Part shown: positions 52,043-64,000 of the stretch, one piece after another
How positions within the stretch are numbered: position 1 is the stretch's first letter
How the letters are laid out: each line of letters starts with the position of its first letter
Assembly: GCF_021869535.1 (NCBI RefSeq)
Contig: NW_026262690.1
Span: forward strand, 36,518,001-36,582,000
Direction of reading: 5' to 3'
DNA from: Mytilus californianus
Lineage: Eukaryota
DNA length: 64,000 nt
Position numbers and translations under genes: made by a program
Notes under the pieces: generated by a model
The model's database searches: none
The model's input: only the letters and a program-made list of their open reading frames with translations
Told to the model about the DNA's origin: nothing

Positions 52043-52272
52043 GACCAAAAAGGCCCCATGGTACAGCAGAACCGGATACGAATGGAGATAGACCAGAAAA
52101 CACGGGAGAAAATGGAGGAAGACCAGAAAACCCCGATAAAAGTCAGGATAAACCAGAAATCCCAGAAGAAAATGAGGGTCAGGATCCTGAAAACAGACCT
52201 AGCGAACAATCAGTAAAACGCCGAAAAATAGCTCTTTATAGAGCTCTTGGTTCTTTATATCGAAGGCATTAA
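52043..52272 (+). CDS. Exon 10 (terminal): extended module C3 plus basic tail ...SVKRRKIALYRALGSLYRRH*
   Basis: CCTTTTAG acceptor; RPKRPHGTAEPD... is homologous to exons 4 and 7; TAA at 52270-52272. Confidence 0.9.
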
Positions 52273-52945
52273 ATGGTAACAAATTAAATACGCTCGATAA
52301 CACTGCTTGTTTATTAAACTTCGAGAAAAAGAAATAAAACAGAAAAAAATCGTCAACAGTTGAAAAACACATTCACACTTTCAAGTAAAATATTAAATTC
52401 ATTGTGAATCCAAAATAAACATGTTTTTTAATGAAAAATCACGAGTAAAATTCTTCATTTGGTAATCTCAATATTCCATCTTCTCAATGGAAAATACATT
52501 TGTATAAGTATTATTCAATTATTGCTTTTTCACATAAATCAGAGCAACAGTAGTTTACAGTGTTCAAATCTCATAACTGAAATCAGAGCATACAAATCAA
52601 GAACAAAAATCCCGAGAAAATCAAATTATCTCCAGAAGGAGTGAGATTGGATGCGTCAACTTGTTATGCATCTCCTGATTTGCATGCATCCCCCTCCATG
52701 CAAATCCACACTCAGACAAAATGTCACTATTAAAAATAAGACACAATATGTAAGGTTACACTTTTTTAAAACTTTCATTAAAATTTCTGATAGAACTGGA
52801 CATCTTTTCCGTTTTAGTTTTACTATTTGGTTACTGCCTTATTGATGATTATCCAAGATACATTGTTCATATATATTGAAAACTCTTGAAAGAGAAAAGT
52901 ATCCGAAATCGCATTTTGTAATAGGCTAAATACATTTTACAGTTG

Positions 52946-53375
52946 ATACGATATTCCAGGGCTTGCGTTTCCTATCATGATTTCTTTGATTGAGGGTTGC
53001 TGCTCATAAGGAAGCTATTAAACAAAGACTTTCAAGTAAAGAAGTTGAAATCATCCCTTCAAACATTTTACGGATGCCATCACGAGCTGGTTCATCATTA
53101 TGGAATATCTATTTCACAGATGACGACGGATATGTTCCAATCGTCGTAACCACATTCCCGTCCTCTTTTCCCCGAATGTGACCTACCGATTTTGACTTAT
53201 CAGCGGGTTTATACTTGCATTAATTAATCTTTATTTACCAAAGTCATAACAACTATAGGCATGAACAACAACAGGGGTGCCACGTGTGGAGCAGTATCTT
53301 GTTACCTTTCCGGGGTTTAGTGTACTGTTGTTTGTCTTGTGGCCTTTTTCTATTTGGTATCTTTCGCATCTCTTT
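52946..53375 (+). mobile_element. Naiad family 1 3' fragment (RT C-terminus and degenerate 3' UTR)
   Basis: Encodes RYSRACVSYHDFFD*GLLLIRKLLN...KLKSSLQTFYGCHHELV...DMFQSS*, matching the end of the 31011-33032 ORF. Confidence 0.85.
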
Positions 53376-54799
53376 TACAGTGACATATCAAGGGCAGACC
53401 AAAGGGACAAATGGACCTAGAAGCTCATATTATAACCGAAAATTAGTTTAAATACTTTTCAGATTTTTATTACCGCCCCTTTTTTCGGTGGGCACAACAG
53501 CATATCCTTCTCAATATCCTGGATCCGTCGCTGAATACTAATTCGTTTACTAGCACTTTTGGTTTTATGTTCCTTGTTTTACTTAAATATGGAGAAATGA
53601 TGCATAGATGAAGACATTTGTCCAACGTAAAACTACACTGCTGAATATATCACGGCTTTATTGCTCCCTTAGTAAGAAAACGCAACGGAAAACATGTTTA
53701 TCTTAAAACATTTGTAATTTTGGTTTTCAAAGAAATAACAACATACTTGAAATTTAATTTATTGAAATATACTTAGTATGGCATATAATGCTATCAACAA
53801 CATGCCGCTGATAATACATCATTTCATATAGGCCAACTGTACTATGGGGAAAAGAAGTGCGGTGATGCTGTAAAAACGCTACTTACTTTATTGTAAACCT
53901 TTGTATCCACTAAAGAGAAAAACAAGTACAACTTCTGTAAAGATAATATTACAAGGTAGCTTAACATTCCGTTTGCTATGTATGATCAATTAGATATTCG
54001 AAATCTACTCTTGATAAAGTTTCATATTTCGTTACATGTTTTCAGATACCAGACAACGGACAAGGAAACGATCACAAGATTAAAGATTCAACGACAAACA
54101 AATGACATTTCTATCTTATTTTCATTATTTGCTTCATTAAAAATATTATGTCCATAAAAGCCGTGTTGATTTAATATTTTTTTCTCGAGAAAATGTATCA
54201 CTTCGCCATTTTGAGAATGCCTTCTTATTATTATAAAAGGGTCTGTTGGTATATATTAAGAGTTGTGGTATGAATGCCAATGAAACAACTATCCAACAGA
54301 GTCAAAATGACGTGGATTTGAACAACTATACTAGTATATAAAAATAAAAAGATGTGGTAAGATTGCCAATGAGACAACTCTCCACCAGAGACCAAATGAC
54401 ATAGTTAGCAACTATAGGTCACCGTACAGCCTTTAACATTGGGCAAAACCGATACCGTAAGGTTAGCTATAAAAGACCAAAATCAGAAGCACAAAAAAAT
54501 CCAACTCACAAAGTACCGATCTATGAGTGCTCGCAGTTACTGAAAGCTTGTTCTAAGTCAATAACAACTAATACATAAATCAAGTTCTCCCAGACTAAAG
54601 TATCAATCAGTACACATCCAACGGATTTAATGTAGAGACGTCATTAACAGTTTGGGGAAAAGCATGACAGAGTACGAGTTCATATACTAGTAGTTCTTTT
54701 TGTAAAGCAATAAAACATTGAAATTTATTTTAAACAACCTTTTAAAGCAACTCACTGAAATGTGTGTTTTTGAGTGAAAGGACATCAATACAAGGAGAG

Positions 54800-55650
54800 A
54801 AGGATGGATTTGTGATTTTTAAAATATCCTCTTACGTGAATGTTGTAGGGGTATATGTTGGATTCCCAGTTTTGCTGTGAATTCCAAGTTCTTTAGTTAG
54901 ACATTCATAATAATGAGTTTTGCATATTCCAAAACTGTTGTTAGAGGACTTGTCTCCTCGAAGAACAACATATCTGTAGACGGCAGACGATGAAGCATCC
55001 ACAATCTCGCGTTTCTTGAAAGGGTTAGCTAGCCGTGTGCTCTATGTACGTTGTTGGTTTTGAATGTACATCTGAATCCATGACAGAACAGCTTTGATCC
55101 ATTTAGATAAAGTGTCCAGATTTAGTTCTTCTGGCTCGCGCCTCACCAATTTTCTAGTATAACCCTCAACTGCATATATCAGTAACCTGAAGTCCTTCTT
55201 TCAGTGGATCGGCTTATGAATTGAACATTTTGGGCCTTTAACTAGCAATTCTCTTAATTGTTTATTGTTTATGATGCTGCCAAGGTGGCCAGTAATAACA
55301 ACATGACCAGCGGGAACATGTGTGTACAAGACCAATCGGGAGGTCCAGAATTTACATAATTGAGAATAAAGGTATATAATATCATTTGTGGTTGAACATC
55401 ACATTAGGTTGAGTAATGTTATATGAAATGACAGGTGTAGTTTTATCTTTGAAGTATTCAGGAATTGTTTTCTGCACATGATTTTGGTCGATAATATTGC
55501 TAAAATTGATAGTATCGAAACCTTTATTTGCAAATTCTTCATTAAAAAACTACGTTTTTCCTCATCTATGAAAGTAGTTGTCATCGGTTTGAATAGTCTG
55601 TGATGTACGAAGTCAGTCATCTTTGCAACCAATCTGTACAAAATATAAAC
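54800..55650 (-). pseudogene. Degenerate Naiad ORF fragment (linker and RT N-terminus)
   Basis: HHRLFKP...EKRSFL..KFANKGIDT, GPPDW.C..PAGHVVITG, LLVKGPK and DTLSKWIKAV parallel the intact copy, with frameshifts and stops. Confidence 0.8.
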
Positions 55651-55893
55651 GCTTGAAGAATCATTATGCACATCAAGATATCTGATAAATAATGTGAATA
55701 TGTAGGACGATACAAAATTGGCCCCACATCCATTAGTATGATTAAAAAGGGACAACGGGAAAAGAGGATTATTATTATGACCGTAACTGCACAAAAAGTG
55801 ATAATTTAGTTCAGTGAGGAATTTATAAACTATACAATCGGTCACCTACAGACCGTCCAAAGAGTTTCTGTTAATGTTCAGACAATTTTACTT

Positions 55894-56071
55894 ACTGTGG
55901 ATTAATTTATGATCGTGGATTGAGAGAAATTTGCATCTTCGTCGACATTTGGTTTCGTGGTTTTGACAAAGTTTGAACACTAGCCGATAGAAAATTTTTA
56001 GTTTGTTGAGATTGTTGTTTCACAACGAAATCGACAAAAACAATTACTCCACGAATATAAATGAATCCAGA
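55894..56071. mobile_element. Diverged copy of the MITE at 10806-11013
   Basis: CTGTGGATT...CCACGAATATAAATGAATCCAGAG with TA flanks. Confidence 0.6.
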
Positions 56072-56559
56072 GTATCTTATTCGTACTTTTAATCAAATTC
56101 CCCTAATCAGAGTGGACGTAATTGTGAATCTATTCATTCGTCAAAGGAAAATGCACTCTTCTGATCGAGGAAAGAAATATAAGCAGTCATACTACTTTAC
56201 GTAATGTATCAAGCTGGTTTTAGATCATGGAAGATATGAAACTCGTACAAATATATGCAAGTTTGTTTCCAATACTTTCACTTACAAACTTTTTGAAAAA
56301 CGTATTCTTAACTTATCTCATTAGAATACGAAATAGGACTGCAAGAGAAATTCAGATTTTTATAATTTTGGCTGAATTTGGCAGATTCGAAATATCGCTT
56401 TATGCAATAGTTTGGATGATATTTTTGTAGGTAGAATTATGGACAGTAAATAGAGCATAATATCTCATTTTCTTAAGTATTTATCTATTTTCATTGCCAT
56501 GGTTTTAAAGGTAAATGATTAACAGATGGTATTTCTTATAACAGTAGAATGTTCTACTC

Positions 56560-56960
56560 GTCTGGCGTACACAATAATAAGCCTGGTATCTTTGATGATT
56601 TTTTACAACCACTGGGCCGATGCCACTGATGGTGGATATTTATCACTCGATTAAATCACCAGCCCAGTAGTGAGCACCTGACTTTTGTGTTGACATGAAA
56701 TATCATTGAATATATATGTTTATTTTTTCTGTAAATTTTCTGTTTATCAAATGTTGAATTATTCGAAATAGCATGAGTTTTCTACCCCAGGTATATAATG
56801 CATTAGCCTACACATTTTGTTTGAATTTTCAGTTTTAAATACTGTTTAACTTCGTATATGAGTTGTCCTTCCAACTGTTTTGATTTGAGCGTCACAAACT
56901 ATTCTTATGTAGACGAAACTGCGTCTGGCGTACAAGATTATAAGCCTGGTGGTATCTTTG
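56560..56960 (+). mobile_element. Retrozyme-like monomer (363-bp period) with degenerate type I hammerhead at 56890-56930
   Basis: Direct repeat GTCTGGCGTACA...TAAGCCTGGT..ATCTTTG at 56560 and 56923. Stems I and II and the GAAA box are present; CTGATGA is replaced by CAAACTA. Confidence 0.7.
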
Positions 56961-58160
56961 GTAAGTTTTTACTAAACAAAATTACTGATACATATTCATA
57001 GCTATCGATAAGAGAGTGAATGGTTAACAAATATTTAGATATGTCTACTAAAATGTTTTAACTCCAAGGTACATTAAAAAGGGGAAGTCCATAAAACTTA
57101 ACCTGACAAAAACCAAATGCACGACTATAACAACCAACGGAACGAATGGAAAACAACTGTCATATTCCTGACTTGGTTCTGGCAATGATGGGGAAAACCT
57201 GGTTTTATAGCTAGCTGAATCTCCCATTAAAGACTATAGAACAGAATTTGCTAATTTTATAATCACCAAATAATTCATTATTAGCATACATTTACTGCAA
57301 ATTTCAATATGCTATAGTCACTGAACACAAGTTGCGAAGGGAAATGCCGAGGTCTGACGTGAAACGACAAACCTGTCATGTCTGCAACCAAAATGATATT
57401 GATGATGAATTTTATCAAATTATTACTTGTTAAGTTTGAAGGTCTTTGAATACTTGGAGAAATGACCTTTTTTCAAAAGTATTGCTGGACAAATATAAAT
57501 TCATTTCGCAAAAATTGTGCAGGTTTATTTAAGTTACACATGTGTAAATCAGTCCTCCAGGAAGAAGATTGTGAACACAATTTCATGTTTAGATATAAAT
57601 ATATGAAATGGTACATATGAATGTTTTATGTAACTGTGACGTGTTTCTATAGTATAGTACAGTACAGTATATTCATTAATATATATTTAATTTTTGAATC
57701 TTTCTCCTTCCCAGCAAATTCGATAACCCAGAATGAATCTTCAATAAGGATGAATGTCAGTGAAATACGTTTGTCGACTTGAATGTCGCATACGTACTGC
57801 GTCTTACTTTTTTACTATGACGGCGCATTTTTCACGGTCAAATGAGAACATATGAGAATATTAAAGTAAAGACCAAAAAACACGAAAACATAATTGAATG
57901 GTATATTGAGTTATTTTATCTAACTTACTTAATACGATTTGAAATGAACAATTTCATGTTTACATTTCTCACGTTTGAAGTTTGTTTACTTTTTAACACA
58001 TTATAGTTAATTACAATTATTTATAATTCGTTCTTACTTTATATATTTTGTTTTCGCAATTAGATTTCAAATTTTTTTAATGGTTGTTTTGAATAACATA
58101 CTTATAAATGTTGCAGACTAATTAAATGAAATGGTTGAATGTACCGGTAGTTTAAACCAC

Positions 58161-58642
58161 GCTATATTTATGTTGTGTACAAGATGTAAGTTTGTACAAA
58201 TTATAATTTGTACAGGATTTTTGTACAAGTTATAAGTTTTTTGACACACACCCTTTTGCACCGGGTGATAAATGTTTATCTTCTAAAATTTATCAGCTTA
58301 ATGTCCTAAATTCAAATTTATATACTTCAAGCTAACATTTAGTGCTATCCTCTTTGTCCTAAAACTCGAAATAATTAAATTCTATATTTAATTGTCTCCT
58401 TATACCAAAGTCATATCCATAAAAAGTCTTTTTGTGTTCTTATAATGTTTTTGTAGCAATGCTCAGTATTAGACTGTGTCATGTAGTCATTGAAATATGA
58501 CAGAAATATGCGAAACATAAGACTGTTTGCTTTTATCATCCATTTGTGTTAAGCGGTTCATAAAACACTGATAATTTGTACAAAAATTATGTACAAATTA
58601 TAATTTGTACAACATTACAATTTGTACACAACAAATACAGCA
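58161..58642. mobile_element. MITE-like element with ~70-bp imperfect TIRs rich in TTGTACAA
   Basis: TATTT(A)TGTTGTGTACAA..TTTGTACAAATTATAATTTGTACA at the left end and its inverted copy at 58570-58640. Confidence 0.65.
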
Positions 58643-59756
58643 GCACAAAAAAAAATTAACACATTTTAAATTCCTGAAGTATAAGTTTTACTAAAAAAAA
58701 AACGTGCGTACATAGAAAAGAGAATCCTAGCTTTATTTTATTCAAATCTTCAAAAATGTACTTTTATTGAGTTATTGTCTTCCCGTGCTCTAATTCGTCG
58801 ATAACTGTTCTGTATGCAGAGACCTTAACCATGACACCCTCGTAAGAAATTCGGCAATCACACAGTGCGAAATGAAAATCTGCGATGAAAGAAAAAAAAA
58901 CAAACGTTGAAGGAAGATAGTATAAACCGATTCTAAAAGGAAAATCACAAAACACCAAATCATGTAACAGCTGTAAACATGTTTAACCTCGCTAATCTTT
59001 TTGCCTGTCAAAAGTCAGGGCTATGAAGCTCAGTTGTTGTCATATTTGCTGTAATGTTGTAGCTTAAATCAGACCGTTGATTTCTTTTTTTTTTTAATTG
59101 TTTCACATTTTATTTTACTGATGCATTTTAAAGCTTGCTTTACAATATTGGTTTTGTTGACTGTTGAAGTCCATACAGTGACCCGAAGTTTTCTGAATCC
59201 TTATCTGTTGTTCTTTGGGGGAAAGGGTCCAGATAAAATGATACTTAATCTTATTTACGGGTGAAAAGGTGTAGGTAAAATAATACTTAATCTTATTAAT
59301 TTATCAGACCTTAGAGTCAATGTTTCCATATGTTTTAAGTAACAATGACTTGATATACAAAGCAAAGGAATTTTTAAGGAAAAAAACAATACATTTATCA
59401 ATAAAGTAAAGTTAACATCTGATTTTGGAACAATCGTAATTTGAATATTTATTGATTAAGTTTTATCATTATTATAAAAAATATACAAGTTTTGAAAAGC
59501 TGATTTATCATTGTGTTTTTTTTTTTAGATATGTAAGTATTTAAGTTTGCCTGAAACAGAAACAAGATACTCTTCTTCAAATCAAATCAAATTATCCTCT
59601 TTTATCCACAAACATATCTTAGTGGTTTTTTTTATTCCATCTGTTGGAATGACCATAAGATATGATTTACATCCTAACCACGTTAACACTTTAAATTGAC
59701 CTGATTTTGAGGTTTGATTTATAACAATAGGAAAAGATAATTTGGTGATGTTACTC

Positions 59757-60190
59757 GATTGATTGATTGATTGTTGGTTGCTTAATGTTCAGTGACAAAA
59801 ACTTCATGCATGTTAAGGACGAGATCAAATTAACAATAAATACAATAGGCAGATCCTGTAATAGAGGTCATTCGGGATGAATGTCGGAAAAACTTGACTG
59901 TCACTGGAAAATGAGGGTAAATTGGATAGGGATAGACATTTTGCCTTGCAACAGGCCACGTACGGACCCCTCGAATAGTTATTGCAAGTGTTCTTAACGT
60001 GCAGAAAGCATGGCACTCTCTACATGAGGCATCGGTTTTAATTATGACCGGACGTGGCTGCGTACTTGTACATCCCGCACAGCCAAACGAATGCCCAACT
60101 TTGGCAAGGGTTTTACTGCCGTTCGGGAGAAGACAAAGAGTGACCATATTTATATTCCCTAGTCAACCTTGGGGGTGATGTAACTCGATG
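59757..60190 (-). mobile_element. SINE (Nin/Deu-domain-like) with (CAAT)n tail
   Basis: Minus strand ends ...AAGCAACCAACAATCAATCAATC; homologous to 29250-29530. Confidence 0.6.
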
Positions 60191-60954
60191 GTGTGAATAT
60201 GTTCTAAATTGGCCATACAATACTTAGTCATGTTTTAAGAACATTCAAAACCATCGGCTACCCCTCGGGCTTTCAATGTTCATAAAACATGACCAAGTAT
60301 TGACTTACCTATAAATAAAGGAGATACAATCAATAGTTCATTCGATACAAATAAAATACGAGGCCGGAGGGCGAATGATATCTTTTTACGAACCGACACT
60401 TATCCATTGTAATAATTATCTAAAGTACTAATGATACGTCTTTTCAAACGAAGGCAAAGTTGACTTTAAACAAGACGAATATCCAATACTATACAAATAA
60501 ACCATGCAGAATGTACACGATCATTGCAAAAATATCAGATAACGAAAACAGTAAAAGAAAGCAAAAAGAACAAAAATGAAAAATAAGGAATCGAACTTAA
60601 AGCTAAAAAGATTTATTCCAAAGGTTAACTCTACAACCAGCCTAAACCTCGTGGCTAACAAATCAAAGTATAAAAATGTCGTATAAAATATTATATAAAG
60701 GCATAAGACCTATGTGTCCATTGTACTTGTGTTTATCCCTTTTTAATTAAGTATTGATAAAAAATGTCGGCTGACGAGAAAATCGAAATGTATAATTTAA
60801 TTCCTTATACGAAATATATTCAAATATTTTCCCTCATATAAAAATGGAATCTTAACTAAGAACATTATGGTTGTATGCATATACATAAAAATAGACATTT
60901 TAATTTTTGTTAAAAATGATACTAGTAATCGAGGGGTTTCATTGATGTGTTTGA

Positions 60955-62205
60955 TAAAAGTAAAATAACAAAAATACCGAACTCCAAGAATTCAAAACGG
61001 AAAATCCCTTATGAAATGGCAAAATCCAAAGCTCAAACACATCAAACGAATGGAAAACAACTGTCATATTCCTGACTTGGCTCAGGCATTTCCTTATGTA
61101 GAAAATAGGTGGATTAAAAAATGGTTTTTTGGCTAGGTAACATCTCACTTGTATGACAGTCGCATAAAATTCTATTAAATTGACAACACTGTGTGAACGA
61201 AATAAACAGACACAAAATAATATTTTCTGTTTGCGTACCAGTCGTTTAATGAAAACATGTCAAAAATAGGAATCTTTTTAATCTTAGTCACTATGAAAAC
61301 AGACAAATATGTCAACAAAGAAAACAAAATGGCATATAGACAAAGCTCATAAGCAAAAATGAAAAACAAGAATACAAAAAATGACTATAACACAATAATA
61401 CAACGGCGGGATGATAAGTATCGAGCCACGCCAAAAGGATATTACCAAAAATTGGCTTAACAGTAAAGGATAATAATTTACAAAGACAAATAAAAGAACG
61501 CTATATCACGTAATTAAGTAAGATGATTAATAACGTAAGCACCTAGAATCTATACTTCAAGACCATCATGTATTATTTGTGAAGTTAATACGGAATATTT
61601 ATCAACAAGGTCTTGGTATCTTCTGAAGAACTTTTTTAGAAAAAGGACGAGGCGTTCTTTGAAATAACCCTGGTTCTTCAACTTTCTGCTCAGACATTGG
61701 TGACGTTTTATAAAGTCTGAGTAGCAGCTGCAAGCTCTTGAATACCGAATGAGTTGAGAAATGTATATCCCATATGCAGGTGAAGTTGGTATATTGCTTC
61801 TAAGGTGGAAAAAAATGATAATTTCTTATGTAAATCGTCTCGTTTGTCATAGATTCTGGTACTAAGATGACCGCTTATGTAAAATTCGATGTATACGTCT
61901 AAAAATGAGGCGGAGGAAGCCATGTCTGTTGTTTCTTTAATTTTTAGTTCTGGATGATATATTAATGGAACCCAATCAGAAAAGTTTGGATTGTTAATGG
62001 AAAGAACATCATCAATATATCTGAATGTGAAATTAATTGATCTGGCTTCTTTGATCTTCTTGTTTTTGACAAGTGTCTGAAGGAACTCCGACTCATATGA
62101 AAATAAGAAGAGGTCGGCAATGAGAGGCGCACAGTTCGTTCCCATAGGAATGCCGACAATTTGTTGAAAAAGTCTACCTCCAAATTCAACAAATGATATC
62201 ATTTA
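60955..62205 (-). mobile_element. Naiad family 2 3' fragment with partial RT (ORF 61708..62202)
   Basis: GIPMGTNCAPLIADLFL, FRYIDDVL and KETTDMASSASFLD..YDKRDD, with the same 3' tail as 26246-26900. Confidence 0.9.
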
Positions 62206-63419
62206 CACCATACACTGTAGGGAAATTAAAATTGAAAAAATCAAAAATAAGTTTTTGGATTAATTTAATTGAAAAACCATGTTTGAATAGAAAAATATCA
62301 TGGAAGATACGTAACTATTTAAGATCTTTTAAAGGTTCACGTTAAAGAAACTGTTCAAGTGTGTTAATAATCAACCGTTTTCTTCAACCCATCAAAAGAC
62401 TCGTACGCAAACAGAAAATATTATTTTATCTGATATTAGGTAAATCTATATAATTAGTCTACGTAGCAATATTGACTTATTATTTAAGTCATTCGTATAA
62501 TAATCTTCTTTTATATTACTAGAAGTAACTTTCAATGATTTAAAGATATAAATCACTTAAAATATATAGTAATTAGAGTTCAAGGCGTAACAATACAAAC
62601 ATGCAATACTTTTGACTAATTACATGGAAAGTTCTGTAAACAAAACCTTGGAACAAGCGATACAGACTTCTTCAGTTCTTCAGTTCTTCTGATGTTTGGT
62701 GGCTTATTATTTTTGCTTGCTATTACTTTTAAATTCAAATCACTTTACCATTGTTTTCTTTGGTAGTTTTAGTTGGCGTTTAGAACGCATCGTATAGGAA
62801 ATAATTTAGACTTCCATGTTTTGAATACTTTTGTAAGGAACCTTTATAACTAATCCTAATACTGACTAGTGTTTCTCACGAATTGCAACAAGCCTGGTAC
62901 TTTAGCAATTGAATGTGTCAAATAGATACAGAAAAATTAACTTGATTAATTCCCACTAAATTTTGAAGGGGTGCCCCATACCCAAGATACCCAAGCTGGT
63001 CTAGGGGAATTTATTCAATACAACTATTTAAAAAAAACATGTTTCGTTAAAATAACGTGTCATTTGCAACCATTTAATGGCTGATACCAATGTACATATC
63101 TTAAATAATTTATGGAGTTTCATTAATTTCAGGGAATATTCGAAACAGAGGTCCATTATCCATAGGTGGTTTAGAACGTTTGGGTTTTCACAGAAATATT
63201 ATTAATAAGTAAACCAATAACAATGATTTTAATGTATTAAGTGCAACTTTTTGAGTTCAAAACGATATTTGTATATTTGAATATTCAATTTAAGAAGATC
63301 AGTATAAAAAAAACAAAAAACAATAGTTATCAATTCTAAAAGAAAGTTTACAATTAGGTTAAATATTTTTGATTATCATTAGTTGTTAAGAATCATCATT
63401 TTGTTTCATGAATTTTTTT

Positions 63420-63960
63420 TAGTTCGGACGCACCATTATTATACAGTTATATTTCCATTATTAGGCCAGATTTCAGTGCTTCTTTGCTGCCATGATTAAT
63501 TCCATACATTTCTAAAATTCTCCGTTAAAACATTTATAAATTATTAAAAAGACTAAGGTTCCAATAGTCTCAGGCAAATTTAACCTTAGGTGGATTTCTC
63601 TTTTCTTTTTATGTAGTTATAAAGCTCCTCAAGTATTCAAGCATTGAATTTTAAATGTTAGGGTCTGCCTGTTTCTGGTGAAGATAAAGCAGATAAGAGC
63701 TTTGGACGCACCACATTATATATCAACAATTTCCTTCCTAGCACTGAGTCGATACCGAATCTCGTACGGATAGTTCCAGATTTGTCGTCAGCTCAGTAGC
63801 CAGTGCTTCGGTACTGACATGTTTCATAACATATCTTTAAATACTCCGTTGTATAATTTAGAAAGGTTCCAACATTTTCGGGCAAAGTTGACCTTAAGAG
63901 GAATTGGATTTTCTATTCACGACCGTTTTTATCATAAAGCTCTTTGGTCACAGAGCTTAA
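63420..63960 (+). repeat. Degenerate tandem retrozyme-like repeats (~280-310-bp period)
   Basis: GGACGCACCA at 63426 and 63704; AGGTTCCAA...GGCAAA.TT.ACCTTA at 63556 and 63864. Hammerhead-like remnant CTGGTGAAG..AGATA at ~63675-63695. Confidence 0.5.
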
Positions 63961-64000
63961 CCTTCTATAGCACCTGAGTTTACCCTTGGTTTTTCTTAGG

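Larger units (their letters stand above)
43567..52272 (+). other. Complete 10-exon gene for an unrecognised 338-aa secreted modular low-complexity precursor
   Basis: join(43567..43629,45469..45550,46017..46094,47184..47293,47514..47595,47803..47892,49649..49758,49979..50060,50328..50417,52043..52272) = 1017 nt. All introns are GT-AG, phases are 0-1-1-0-1-1-0-1-1, there are no internal stops, and AATAAA signals follow at ~52333 and ~52413. Confidence 0.88.

Noticed and set aside
47156-52272. Track ORFs 47156-47392, 49510-49821 and 51973-52272 as stand-alone genes
   Set aside because: Each is one exon of the 10-exon gene plus intronic read-through; their hydrophobic N-termini are polypyrimidine tracts.
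52991-52993. In-frame TGA in a Naiad fragment as selenocysteine
   Set aside because: Aligns to Arg (DFLDRG) in the intact copy, so it is a nonsense mutation in a decayed fragment and not a Cys position.
59830-60147. 105-aa Cys-rich minus-strand ORF
   Set aside because: Lies entirely within a SINE that has a homolog at 29250-29530 lacking the frame.

Overview
AT-rich eukaryotic (animal) genomic DNA. The repeat repertoire (Naiad-type Penelope-like elements, Helentron-associated elements, hammerhead-bearing retrozyme repeats, (CAAT)n-tailed SINEs) points to a bivalve mollusc, most likely Mytilus-like (inference). Host coding content: (1) the terminal exon of an MFS transporter at 1221-1381 (+); (2) a complete 10-exon gene at 43567-52272 (+), largely invisible to the ORF track, that I assembled from a TATA box, GT-AG sites and phase compatibility. 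It encodes a 338-aa secreted low-complexity precursor, with Cys only in the signal peptide, built from three copies of an acidic-helix / Gly-Lys / Pro-rich exon triplet and carrying multibasic sites. It grew by tandem duplication of a ~2.47-kb three-exon cassette. I do not recognise the family; it is the most interesting item here. The rest is mobile DNA. There is a young but dead Gypsy LTR element (14133-19918; 4-bp TSD, -1 frameshift site, 5' LTR/gag deletion, nonsense and frameshift lesions in pol) and an older inverted Gypsy relic. Naiad elements include a 5'-truncated copy with an intact RT region (30704-33032, -) and many 3' fragments. Also present: an hAT MITE with an 8-bp TSD, a TG..CA TIR element, HINEs, SINEs and degenerate retrozyme monomers. 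No rRNA, tRNA or CRISPR features are supported.
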